In this document: positions 1 to 9,255 of the stretch, piece after piece
Layout: each line of letters starts with the position of its first letter
Position numbering within the stretch: the first letter of the stretch is position 1
Translations under genes and position numbers: made by a program
Source of the DNA: an uncultured Candidatus Saccharibacteria bacterium
GTDB taxonomy: Bacteria; Patescibacteriota; Minisyncoccia; Phycocordibacterales; UBA12088
Direction of reading: 5' to 3'
DNA: 64,000 nt
Assembly: GCA_964562615.1 (NCBI GenBank)
Contig: CAZLUD010000001.1
Coordinates: 257,072 to 321,071 of the forward strand
Notes under the pieces: model-generated
Seen by the model: only the letters and a program-made list of their open reading frames with translations
What the model was told of the DNA's origin: nothing
Database searches by the model: none

Positions 1-1078
1 CAACTGGGTCCTCAAGTGAAAGTACGTTTTGTGTTTCTCTGTCGGTATTCCACAACATGGCTTGTAGCGAAGTAGACTTTCCTGATCCGGTTGGACCAGT
101 AATAAGGATGAGCCCGTATGGTTGATCTATCGCCTCTCTAATAGTAGTGAGCTGCGCTTGATTAAAGCCCAGTGATTCAATTGGCTTTGCTCCTGTCTCT
201 CTATCAAGAATACGCATCACGACTTTTTCTCCATATACCGCAGGAAATGTAGAGACACGGAAATCGATTTTTCTATTACTTATCGTAGCGGAGAATCTTC
301 CGTCTTGTGGCTTTCGCTTTTCGTCGAGCTTCATCGAGGCAAGGATTTTTATACGCGCAACCACAGCTCGGTGCACTTTAGGAGGTAGCACAATAGAAGT
401 GTAGAGCACGCCATCAAGCCTAAAACGTACTCGCACTTTCTCACCGGTGTGTTCTATGTGAATGTCTGATGCCTTTCCTTCAACTGCATTTCGTAGCAAA
501 GTTGCTACAATCTTAGTTACCGGGGCATCTTCTTTAATAGCATCCAGCTTTTCACCTTTTTCTATGGTTGGTGCTTGGTCTAGATTATGCTCTTCTTGAT
601 CACCCTTAAGCTCTGTTTCAAGATCATCAAGTGCCTTCCCTACCGTACCGGAAAGACCTTTGTACATATCCATCACCTTTTGGTAATCAGCTTGCCCGAT
701 CAAAAATATTTTATACGGCATGTTTACCTTTGCCGATATAAAGTTAAGCGCATCAAGCGCTTCGATATTTTCAGGATCAAGCATGCCAATTTCAAGCACA
801 CCCTCTGCTACCCCCAAAGGGACAAATTGGTAGTGCGCAGCCGACTCCTCGGGGATGTACTGCAATACCTCGTACGGAATGAGTGTATCTTGTCGTATCT
901 CTCTTTGAGGAAGTTCGTAGTGTGAGCCTTTTGCATTCAAAATATCAGCGGCGGATATTCCTCGCTTTATCAACAGATCCTCTATTGCTTCACCGGTGGA
1001 GCGTGACTCTTCATCAATGGACGTAACATCAGCCTCATCGATAATGCCTTTTTCTTTTAAGAGCTCAAGTACATTCAT
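1..1078 (-). CDS. pilB: GspE/PilB family type IV pilus assembly ATPase (3' end runs off the window)
   Basis: Translated by hand, as it is not in the ORF track. ATG at 1078 gives MNVLELLKEKG; motifs ASDIHIE, DEKRKPQDGRF, Walker A TGPTGSGKST, SLEDPV. Confidence 0.92.
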   Translation of the reverse strand, partial: MNVLELLKEKGIIDEADVTSIDEESRSTGEAIEDLLIKRGISAADILNAKGSHYELPQREIRQDTLIPYEVLQYIPEESAAHYQFVPLGVAEGVLEIGMLDPENIEALDALNFISAKVNMPYKIFLIGQADYQKVMDMYKGLSGTVGKALDDLETELKGDQEEHNLDQAPTIEKGEKLDAIKEDAPVTKIVATLLRNAVEGKASDIHIEHTGEKVRVRFRLDGVLYTSIVLPPKVHRAVVARIKILASMKLDEKRKPQDGRFSATISNRKIDFRVSTFPAVYGEKVVMRILDRETGAKPIESLGFNQAQLTTIREAIDQPYGLILITGPTGSGKSTSLQAMLWNTDRETQNVLSLEDPV

Positions 1079-1129
1079 ACTAGTGTTACTCATTAGTATA
1101 CTACGAGCACACAAAAGAGTTATGCAATA

Positions 1130-1507
1130 TTATCTTGTCCTACCTGGACTAAAGACATTGTTGGAACTACTTTGCGCTTGCACCTGCCCACTTATCGGAG
1201 CAAATGGGTTTGGTCGTCCTATTTTTTGTGGTTCAATCTTTTGTGTCATATCAACAAGTACTCGAAGTGCTGGATCTTCAAAAATAGTTGCATCGAGTCT
1301 GATTCTTTGAAGTTGCAGGAGCTCATTTAATAGCTCTTGCTCAAGCACTGCAGCAGTCCCCCCACCGGCAACAAGCGCGGGATTAGCAACCGCCGCACTT
1401 GATGAAAAGAATGTCGAATACACATAGTAGCCACCTGCTAGCACCAGTACGAGTATGAATATTCCTTTATACGCAAGAAGTTTTTGTAACATAATTATGG
1501 AAGCCAA
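1130..1507 (-). CDS. Small membrane-anchored pilus-associated protein (PilP-like position)
   Basis: N-terminal TM helix and GRPNPF motif; follows pilMNO. Confidence 0.6.
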   Translation of the reverse strand: MASIIMLQKLLAYKGIFILVLVLAGGYYVYSTFFSSSAAVANPALVAGGGTAAVLEQELLNELLQLQRIRLDATIFEDPALRVLVDMTQKIEPQKIGRPNPFAPISGQVQAQSSSNNVFSPGRTR

Positions 1508-2172
1508 TAGGTATTGATACCGATGTCATATGTATACGTCGTGGAGCCAGAATCTGATGATGGGTCGATGCTAAGACTGGTGATATCTACAATGCGCAAA
1601 CTTCTTTCAAGATCATTCATGAAAGAAATAAACTCTTCGTAAGTTGCCTCAACCGTAAATGTCATACCAACCGAGCGATACATTGGCGCTGGCCCACCAG
1701 GCGCTGCTGAGGTAACCATACCATCACTAAATCCTGCCCCACCTACACCTGATGCCTCTGGTGCAAAACCGGCAGGTGCACCAACTTGTTGCGTAGGTGC
1801 TGGGGTTCCTGCTTGGGTAGTAGCGCCAGTGGTGCCCTCTGACTCGCTGCTGTCTCCACTAAATCCAAAATCATCCAGTGTGAGTCCATGTTGCTTAGCA
1901 ATACTTTCGATATCAAGAATAAGGCGCACATTATCTATTTGGTCTGGAAGCATTTTTTGTAGACGCTCCAAATCAGTATCATTAAATGTGTTGTAGCGTG
2001 AGAGGAGACCGTCTCTTGCGGATTGTAGCTCTTTTGCCTTGGTAAGTGCTTGGTCATACCGATCATTCTCTGCGATGAGCGCTTGCACACTTTTGTAGGT
2101 AGGATCAACGTACGTAAAAAACAATCCACCAGCAACCAGTATGAAAAATATGGGCATGAATACTCCGGACAT
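1495..2172 (-). CDS. pilO: Type IV pilus assembly protein PilO
   Basis: TM helix, coiled coil, MLPD, and TYEEFISFMNDLERSLRIVDI; operon position. Confidence 0.8.
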   Translation of the reverse strand: MSGVFMPIFFILVAGGLFFTYVDPTYKSVQALIAENDRYDQALTKAKELQSARDGLLSRYNTFNDTDLERLQKMLPDQIDNVRLILDIESIAKQHGLTLDDFGFSGDSSESEGTTGATTQAGTPAPTQQVGAPAGFAPEASGVGGAGFSDGMVTSAAPGGPAPMYRSVGMTFTVEATYEEFISFMNDLERSLRIVDITSLSIDPSSDSGSTTYTYDIGINTYWLP

Positions 2173-2219
2173 ACTAGTGTTGAGATGCTATTAGGTTGTT
2201 GGTAAAGGTATACATGATA

Positions 2220-2975
2220 TTAAAATCCAAAATCATCAATATTAAGATCATCCACATTGACGTCATCTGTATTCAAAAGCGCGTCATCAGGATTAAATGT
2301 GGCATCGGCAGCAGATGCAGGCAATGATGACTCTACTCCTGCGAGGGCTTCAAATAGTGCTAGGTTCTTTATAAATGAAACTGTCTGTGGCTCAACAGAC
2401 GCTTTGAATGCAAAGGTAATAGTACCCTCATCTGAATCAAGATCACTTACGACCGGCTCAATAAGGAAATTATTTTCTCCGTATGCATCTGATTGGAGTG
2501 CCACCGCCTCAAAATCTGTAGCGACACCCGCCATGCTTATAGTAGGAAATCCGTTGTCATTAGAATAATCAAATGAGTCGTATCGCACAGACTCAAGTGT
2601 TACCTGCTCAAGAATCCCAAATATCGCTGATGGTGCGACATGTAGCTCGAGAATTTCTTTTGCTGCCTGAATGCGTGTATCAAGACGAGTAAGCTCTCTG
2701 ATGAGCGCGGGTTGAAACGCGTCGCGTGCTCGCTCGAGCGTGTCCTTTTTAGTTGCGATACTCTCGGTGAGATATCGCTCATAAAGAAACAATCCAGCGG
2801 ACAAACCTACCGCCGCAAGAAATACAATAAGACTGATGAAGGAACCAAGACCGAGCCCTACCCTCTTGCGAGGCGCACGCTGTGGTGCGACCGATGACTC
2901 GAGAGATTGCTTCGGTATAAATGATGTCTTAAATTTTGGCTCCACAGTATATGTAGTATACGCTAGGTAGTGCAA
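2220..2975 (-). CDS. PilN-like pilus assembly protein
   Basis: TSFIPK N-terminus, single TM and coiled coil; lies between pilM and pilO. True start probably a few codons downstream. Confidence 0.7.
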   Translation of the reverse strand: MHYLAYTTYTVEPKFKTSFIPKQSLESSVAPQRAPRKRVGLGLGSFISLIVFLAAVGLSAGLFLYERYLTESIATKKDTLERARDAFQPALIRELTRLDTRIQAAKEILELHVAPSAIFGILEQVTLESVRYDSFDYSNDNGFPTISMAGVATDFEAVALQSDAYGENNFLIEPVVSDLDSDEGTITFAFKASVEPQTVSFIKNLALFEALAGVESSLPASAADATFNPDDALLNTDDVNVDDLNIDDFGF

Positions 2976-3008
2976 TTAACTATACGCAACCTGTTGAAAA
3001 CTTACGCA

Positions 3009-4205
3009 CTACTCTTCTTCTTGAAGTTTGCGAAGTGCCAATCCCACTGCAACAGCAAAATCTGGACCAGCACCTTTTAACACTTCTTCAAGAAATGCAG
3101 GTGACTGCACCTTTTGAAATGGATCCGCAAGCACCACCTCCATATCAAAGCGCTCCGCAGCAAAACCCTTTAATCCCTGAATTGATGCCCCGGCACCAGT
3201 AAATACTATTTTGTTTACATTTTTGTTATAGCGCTTTTGGTAGCTAAGGATAGAGCGCTTCGCCTCCGAAAATATAAATTCCATGGTGAGTTGCGCAGTT
3301 TGTGACACGCTCTTTCCGTCTGCTCCTGTCCCTGCGCCGAGTAGCCCAAGTTCGCGCTTCATTTTTTCGGCTTTATCTATTGGTATCCCCAATGATCGCG
3401 AGAGCGATAGAGTGATGTCTTGTGATCCTTTACTTATGATATGTGACACACGGACAATACCGTACTCAACCACATAGAGTTTGGTTGAAGATGCGCCGAT
3501 ATCTATAACGACAAATGGCGCCGTTCCCCTATCCATCACCGCTCTGATAGAGCTGAAAATTTCTATTTCAAAAAATGCTGGTTTTAATCCTGATAGGGTG
3601 AGTACCTCGGCATACTTGCGAAGCATTTCATTATGAATGGCAACAAGCAACACAGTGGTTGTGCTTGTTGGAACCTTTGGTGCTTGCTGTTGAGGAGTGG
3701 CGGCAGCAGGTCCAGAAATCTGCTCTGCCTTTTGCTCTGGTGAATCTTTTGAAAAAAATCTTGCGTCATCATTAGGAATAACAAACCAATCAAGCTGCAC
3801 CTCGGTTATAGGAACGGGGATATATTTGCGTGCTTCTATTGGGATCATTTTTGCCAGCTGCGTTTGATCAAGCGCTGGCATTTCGATAAGCGTGATAAGA
3901 CTTGAGGCAAATGGAACAGACACCCCGCAATCCATAGTGGTAACATTTGCTTCTTGCATCAAATCTTTGAGCGCCTCAGATAATTTGTCTGCGGGCAAAT
4001 TAGTAGAGCGACCTGTCTCAAGTGAAGCATACGGACCAAGCGCTATTTCGCCATACGTTTCAAGTAGTGCTACCCCCTTCTCTTTTCGTAGCTGTACTAC
4101 TTTTATAGATGAATTTCCGATATCAACGCCAAGCACACTCTTTCCAGCTGAACTGAAAAGTCCTGACCCGAGCGAACCAATTAATTTGGAAAACATTCCC
4201 GCCAT
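3009..4205 (-). CDS. pilM: Type IV pilus assembly protein PilM
   Basis: Actin-like motifs LGVDIGNSSIK, IDIGASST, VFTGAGA, AVAVGLALR. Confidence 0.93.
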   Translation of the reverse strand: MAGMFSKLIGSLGSGLFSSAGKSVLGVDIGNSSIKVVQLRKEKGVALLETYGEIALGPYASLETGRSTNLPADKLSEALKDLMQEANVTTMDCGVSVPFASSLITLIEMPALDQTQLAKMIPIEARKYIPVPITEVQLDWFVIPNDDARFFSKDSPEQKAEQISGPAAATPQQQAPKVPTSTTTVLLVAIHNEMLRKYAEVLTLSGLKPAFFEIEIFSSIRAVMDRGTAPFVVIDIGASSTKLYVVEYGIVRVSHIISKGSQDITLSLSRSLGIPIDKAEKMKRELGLLGAGTGADGKSVSQTAQLTMEFIFSEAKRSILSYQKRYNKNVNKIVFTGAGASIQGLKGFAAERFDMEVVLADPFQKVQSPAFLEEVLKGAGPDFAVAVGLALRKLQEEE

Positions 4206-4268
4206 TGTCTTATATATGCCTTTTTAGTATAGCACCCTAACGCTATTATAAGAGTATCGATTGTTTAT

Positions 4269-4910
4269 ATGTATATTATAGAACGATTGCTTAGTATTCT
4301 ATTCCCCTACTCAGATGAGGTGGCAAACGTGACCACCATGCCGCTTGAAGTGCTCTTTAATAAGATCACCCCCCACGTAATCGAAGATAGCGCTTGTATT
4401 TCCCTTTATTCATATCATGATCCATTGGTACGTGCGCTGGTATATGCGGCAAAGTTTGAAGGCTCAAAAGAAGCAGCATACCGTATCGCCCTACTTATGA
4501 ATGAAGCACTGAAAGAAGTACTGTTTGAAAAACTACTCTTTGAGGGCATTGATACACCATTACTCATACCAGTCCCCCTTGGTAAAGTTCGTATGAAAAC
4601 ACGTGGCTTTAACCAAGCAGAACGTATTGCTCACCGCCTTGCCTTGTTGCTTCCCCAGCTTGGCACCGTGACTACCGGTGTGCTTATTCGTTCTCGTGAC
4701 ACAAAAAAGCAATCGCATATACGCAGTGACGGTGCGCGAGCAGAGAATGTTCGTAAAGCATTTTCAATACCACACCCAGAGCTATTATATGGTAAACATG
4801 TCATACTCATTGATGACGTGGTCTCAACCGGAAGCACTCTCTATGAATGCAGCAAGGTAATAGAGGGCGCTGGAGGTCGACCAGTAGTAGCTATAGCCTT
4901 TGCTCGGTAA
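4269..4910 (+). CDS. comF: ComF family phosphoribosyltransferase-like competence protein
   Basis: IPVPL..RGFNQAE and ILIDDVVSTGSTL motifs. Confidence 0.88.
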   Translation: MYIIERLLSILFPYSDEVANVTTMPLEVLFNKITPHVIEDSACISLYSYHDPLVRALVYAAKFEGSKEAAYRIALLMNEALKEVLFEKLLFEGIDTPLLIPVPLGKVRMKTRGFNQAERIAHRLALLLPQLGTVTTGVLIRSRDTKKQSHIRSDGARAENVRKAFSIPHPELLYGKHVILIDDVVSTGSTLYECSKVIEGAGGRPVVAIAFAR

Positions 4911-4944
4911 GCAAAAACTAACCATATCTATCCAAGACAAGTAC

Positions 4945-5313
4945 ATGCTACAGACATTACACACCACACTCTCAACCAAAACAAAAATGCTGGTAGGATT
5001 ACCACTTGTTGGACTTATCCTTATTGGATTATCTATCCATACCTATTATTCGTGGCACGATAAGCAATACTTTGGTGAGATAGTACAAGTTACTGATACC
5101 TCCATCACCATCTCGGATAAACGAATAGGAACAAGAACCCTAGAAATACATCAAGATACTGTCGTTAAAAAAGGGAGAATATCTGAAGTCGCCCTTATGG
5201 AGGGCATGAGCGTTATCATTACCACAAGCAGAACCAATAATCAGCACGCAAGTTTTATTCGCGTGGTGGAGCATCCGCCTCGAAAAAGTTCTCCCTTTGA
5301 TGTCCTTCGCTAA
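4945..5313 (+). CDS. Hypothetical membrane-anchored OB-fold-like protein
   Basis: TM helix then GEIVQVTDTSITI..TVVKKG..GMSV pattern. ATG at 4945 chosen as start. Confidence 0.55.
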   Translation: MLQTLHTTLSTKTKMLVGLPLVGLILIGLSIHTYYSWHDKQYFGEIVQVTDTSITISDKRIGTRTLEIHQDTVVKKGRISEVALMEGMSVIITTSRTNNQHASFIRVVEHPPRKSSPFDVLR

Positions 5314-5896
5314 CCCCATGAAGCCTACACCTACGACACTTGCGACATACAAGCCGTTTCTATTTATCATCCCATTCGTGGGCTTTTCTATATTGTTTTA
5401 CACACTATCCCCAGAGACTATCATCGAATACATAGGGGTAGAAAACGCATATCTATTTATAGGCGTATTAGCATTTTTAGGAGGAGTTACTACCTTTAGC
5501 GGTATTCCCTACCATATTGTTCTTGTATCACTCGCGCTTGGTGGGCTTAATCCATTTATACTTGGAGGCGTCACTGCATTTGCCGTGATGGCAGGAGATG
5601 CCACCTCATATTATTTAGGAACGCAAACCCGATCACTGTTATCACAGAGGATGAATGAGTGGCTTGAAAAGCTTAGACTGTTGTATACAAACCACCCCCA
5701 CCTCCTTCCTGCAGTATTTTTTGGGTATGGATGTCTCATGCCTTTTTCAAATGATGTCATCACCATCCCCATGGGTATGCTTGGCTACCCCTTTTGGAAG
5801 GTAATCATCCCCCTTGGTCTTGGTAACCTTATTTTCAACACCACCCTCGCCCTACTTGCGGTATACGCCTACGACTATCTTGAGTATTTCTTTTAG
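5297..5896 (+). CDS. DedA/VTT (SNARE-associated) family membrane protein
   Basis: AMAGDATSYYLG-like and PFSNDVITIPMGMLGYPFWK motifs; hydrophobic. Confidence 0.75.
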   Translation: MMSFANPMKPTPTTLATYKPFLFIIPFVGFSILFYTLSPETIIEYIGVENAYLFIGVLAFLGGVTTFSGIPYHIVLVSLALGGLNPFILGGVTAFAVMAGDATSYYLGTQTRSLLSQRMNEWLEKLRLLYTNHPHLLPAVFFGYGCLMPFSNDVITIPMGMLGYPFWKVIIPLGLGNLIFNTTLALLAVYAYDYLEYFF

Positions 5897-5906
5897 TAAC
5901 GCGTCA

Positions 5907-6437
5907 TCATACTTGCTGATAATTTCTAAACACTTCATTCTCTGGTAACCGCAAATCCTTGTAGACAAAACTGACACCATATGCCCTCAGCGCAGAAACG
6001 GGATCATCAACTCGCTCAACTCTCTTTGGGGTAAGTATATCTTTAGTAATCACCTCCAAATTACCTAGTCCATCTTTGTGAAAAAATGCATCTTTTTCAA
6101 AAGTATATAGATACCCTCCATCCCCATATAATGCAATGAGGCTTTCTTCCAATGAATCAAATCCGAAAATCTCCACTTCCTTCTTGTATTCATACAAATC
6201 AACTCCCTTGTTGTAATGTGCTATCCTTCAATCAATTACGTATGGTTTAGGGGTACAGGTATACACAAGAGCTATCCATTTATGTGTGGTGGTGTGGAAA
6301 GAAACTTCATCAAAAATAGTGCATATCACCCCGTCATTGTCAGCGCTATTTCGAATATGTCGCTTGGGAATAGCACAATCAAACGAGTCACTTGATCCAT
6401 GGTATACGTATGCATCATCTAGCTCTGACTGATGCAT
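5907..6437 (-). pseudogene. ADP-ribosyltransferase-fold-like protein interrupted by an in-frame TGA at 6228-6230
   Basis: ORFs 6228..6437 and 5907..6197 share one frame (…YVID*RIAHYNKGVDLYEY…). Motifs VYHGS, FHTTT..IALVY, GYLYTF, EVIT..LTP. Confidence 0.6.
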
Positions 6438-6443
6438 ATGTAT

Positions 6444-7175
6444 TTAATAGTCCTTTATCAATTGCCCAGCAACTGGCTTTTGTAAATAATCTTCAACCAG
6501 AACACAAAGCTGCCGAAGTTGTAATGTTGAGGCGCTGAAATATTTACCACCTCTTATATCAAGAACAAATTGGCTCATTCCACTATCGACGTAGGTCGGA
6601 TACAAAATCAAATTATACAATGTGTTATTCCAAAATATTCCACCCAGTAACGTTGGGAGTTCACTTATTATGTACCCCGCAAGCTTATCCCTATCTTCAT
6701 TTGATACCGTTACATCTCTAAGTTCAATGTATTTGTTAACAAAATAGAGTACCCGCTCTCGAAATGCGGTATTCGATGTATATTCTTCAGCAAGAATTTC
6801 TCTCAAATGATCATAGCCGCTATTTTTTATGTCACTCCAGAATATTATATGCGTGTTTGCTATATAGGTGGGATCATTCTCTTTTCGTGCAAGATTACGA
6901 ATTGCTTTATCAAACATTCCTTTTATTCCATAACCCTTTTGCTGCACTTTCTCTTCAGCCTCCTCTTTGCTTAATCCCCTAAAGACCATCCAGTTAATGA
7001 CATCAATATCATCAGCGATAAGTATGAGAGCGTTATCCTTTGAATGGTGATGTGCCCATTGCACATACCGCTCCGCGAGCTCGGGTGTAAGGAGCTTATT
7101 TCCTAAACTGATACCCACAAAAATATTGAATAGTTTTTTGTTTATTTCCTCCTCCGTAACATGAAAATATTGCAT
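6444..7175 (-). CDS. tRNA-dependent cyclodipeptide synthase (CDPS, XYP-like)
   Basis: GISLGN (catalytic Ser), LIAD, IFWSD, Y...FR, YIISELP (YxxxExP) and LYP motifs; 243 aa is typical CDPS size. Confidence 0.85.
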   Translation of the reverse strand: MQYFHVTEEEINKKLFNIFVGISLGNKLLTPELAERYVQWAHHHSKDNALILIADDIDVINWMVFRGLSKEEAEEKVQQKGYGIKGMFDKAIRNLARKENDPTYIANTHIIFWSDIKNSGYDHLREILAEEYTSNTAFRERVLYFVNKYIELRDVTVSNEDRDKLAGYIISELPTLLGGIFWNNTLYNLILYPTYVDSGMSQFVLDIRGGKYFSASTLQLRQLCVLVEDYLQKPVAGQLIKDY

Positions 7176-7277
7176 ATTGTTATATTAAAACATATTTACG
7201 CGTATGAATATGTGTTCGGTTCTCTACCAAAACCTGCTAGCGCAGTAAAAATCAATCTATATACTGCATGGTATACC

Positions 7278-7883
7278 ATGACAGAATTTTGGGAATCTAG
7301 CTTTCAAAGCAAGCACATGATGTGGGGTGAAAGGCCTGCAGACTGCGTACATGAGGTAGTTGCTTTATTCAAGGAGCAAGGAGTGAAGAATGTTCTTATA
7401 CCCGGCTATGGCTACGGCAGAAACGCCAAGCCATTTATTGATAGCGGATTTGATGTAACAGGGATTGAAATATCACAAACAGCAATTGATTTAGCAAAAA
7501 AACACTCAAGTAATGACATCCTGATTCATCACGGCTCTGTCAGTGCGATGCCATTTGATGACGTGCAGTATGGTGGGATCTTTTGTTATGGGCTAATCCA
7601 TTTATTAGCTAAAGAAGAGAGGGCAAAACTCATCAAGGATTGCTACCGTCAATTACTGCCAGGTGGGTATATGGTATTTGTGGCACTTTCTAAAAATGAT
7701 GCTTCATATGGACAAGGAAAAGAGCTTAGCAGCAACACATTCCTTATGCCGTATGGGGTTACCCTTTTTTACTATGACGCTGATTCCATAAAAAATGAAT
7801 TTGAAGACCACACCATACTTGAGGCAAAAGAAATAAATGAGTCCTCAAGAAAATTTTGGCAGGTGACGTGTAAGAGAAATTGA
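7278..7883 (+). CDS. Class I SAM-dependent methyltransferase
   Basis: VLIPGYGYGRN, GIEISQTAI, MPFD, LLPGG motifs. Start moved to ATG 7278 to avoid overlapping the CDPS. Confidence 0.85.
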   Translation: MTEFWESSFQSKHMMWGERPADCVHEVVALFKEQGVKNVLIPGYGYGRNAKPFIDSGFDVTGIEISQTAIDLAKKHSSNDILIHHGSVSAMPFDDVQYGGIFCYGLIHLLAKEERAKLIKDCYRQLLPGGYMVFVALSKNDASYGQGKELSSNTFLMPYGVTLFYYDADSIKNEFEDHTILEAKEINESSRKFWQVTCKRN

Positions 7884-7911
7884 GAGTTATACCGTATGCA
7901 TATCATGGGTA

Positions 7912-8370
7912 ATGCATAACGACATGATAAAAAGAATTTCAATAGCATCTCTTCAAATAGCAGTTGTACTTATAGGCATAGTGGCATTCGCCATTATGAT
8001 CAGATTCCCTTTAACTGAAGGGCGGGCAATCAATTTGGATATATTTAGCATATACACTGATCCCCTCTTGATATATGAATACTTTGCATCAATGGCATTT
8101 TTTTATGCCTTGTATCAGACATACAAATTACTCGGATACATGCAACAGGATATGCTCTTTTCAAAACACTCTATTGATGCTCTCACAAAAATAAAATATA
8201 GCTCAATACTATTAAGTTTATTGATCATAGGAGCAGGCATATATGTACGGATATTTCACGCGCAAGACGATGATCCTGCAGGCTTCCTTGCGCTTTGTAT
8301 AGTAGCTATATTTGTGCTCAGCATCGTTGCTACTGTAGCGACAATGTTACAGAGAAGATTACGTCACTAG
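7912..8370 (+). CDS. DUF2975-like four-TM membrane protein
   Basis: Pattern FS..SIDAL.KIKY and DDPAG; four hydrophobic segments. Confidence 0.65.
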   Translation: MHNDMIKRISIASLQIAVVLIGIVAFAIMIRFPLTEGRAINLDIFSIYTDPLLIYEYFASMAFFYALYQTYKLLGYMQQDMLFSKHSIDALTKIKYSSILLSLLIIGAGIYVRIFHAQDDDPAGFLALCIVAIFVLSIVATVATMLQRRLRH

Positions 8371-8450
8371 GACGGCGCCTCGTATTGCTTACGCAATATA
8401 CTCCGGCGTACCAGTGTCGCCTTCGCAAAGTCTTGCTTCGGCGTACCGAG

Positions 8451-8471
8451 GGCGGAGAGTGAGGGATTCGA
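8451..8471 (-). repeat. att-like duplication of the tRNA-Ser 3' end
   Basis: ggcggagagtgagggattcga is identical to 12597-12617. Confidence 0.9.
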
Positions 8472-8854
8472 CCCGCTTTTGCTAAGCCCTGCAGGCTAAG
8501 CACGCTGGTCGCGCCTCGCCGACAATTTTACTTCGCGTTGCTGCGTAAAATCGTAGACCGGCTCCGGCGTTCGAATCCCTCACTTCTCACCCAAAACATA
8601 GTCGCCCAATGCTTCGCATCGTTCTCCTTGTTTTGCGGTGGCGATGTCCCGAAGTTTGAACCGAAAAAGTGGCTCAAATTCAAGGATATTGATAAAAGTA
8701 TACGTGAATTAAGGGCTATGTACAAGATTCATCCTGAATGGTTTGAAACGCCTCACCCAGAGTCCAATAGAGGTAAAAATGAGGTGGATTATTCGATCAT
8801 TGAGCAACCCTACATGGAAACGAAAACGAGGCGTTAGCCTCGTCCCCGCTTTTC

Positions 8855-9073
8855 TTAGCGATCCGTAATAAGATCGTTCAGAGATTTGATATTATGTTCC
8901 TCAAGGTAGGTCCCGAGTTGCATATCAGACCTAACACCAAGGTCAATGCCGTATTGTTTCTCGATTGTGCCAATATGAGTATCATCACGCTTATCGCGCA
9001 GGAGCCCATTTTGGTTTCGAGAACGGCACCCCTTCATGCCAGGTGCGTCGTTCTTGCAATTTGAATTTGCCAT
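8855..9073 (-). CDS. Small hypothetical protein
   Basis: Clean 72-aa ORF (RDKRDDTHIGTIEKQYG..RSDMQLG) with a protein-like composition. Confidence 0.65.
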   Translation of the reverse strand: MANSNCKNDAPGMKGCRSRNQNGLLRDKRDDTHIGTIEKQYGIDLGVRSDMQLGTYLEEHNIKSLNDLITDR

Positions 9074-9255
9074 AGTACGTCTCGAAATTAAGTTAATAAT
9101 GTCGAGAAAGGTTCGACTACCTCCTTCCTCGCGTCTGACGCGATATGAAGATAGTCATTTTGGCTTTTACAAGAACAGGACGGACTTTAACGTCTCGTTT
9201 TCAGTAATATTATAAATTATTTTAACTAATTCCGCAACCTCCTTTTCCTGCTATT

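Noticed and set aside
587-1310. Plus-strand ORFs 587..925 and 996..1310, and the many similar shadow ORFs across the window
   Set aside because: They lie antisense to or out of frame within well-supported genes and have no independent motifs.
5907-6437. Genome-wide TGA=Gly recoding (code 25)
   Set aside because: Core genes are intact under code 11, and TGA terminates genes such as radC and comEC.
8528-8837. ORFs 8528..8725 and 8538..8837 as an integrase
   Set aside because: They overlap the tRNA-derived fold-back and have no tyrosine or serine recombinase motifs. The 3' part of 8538..8837 could be a gene remnant but cannot be supported.
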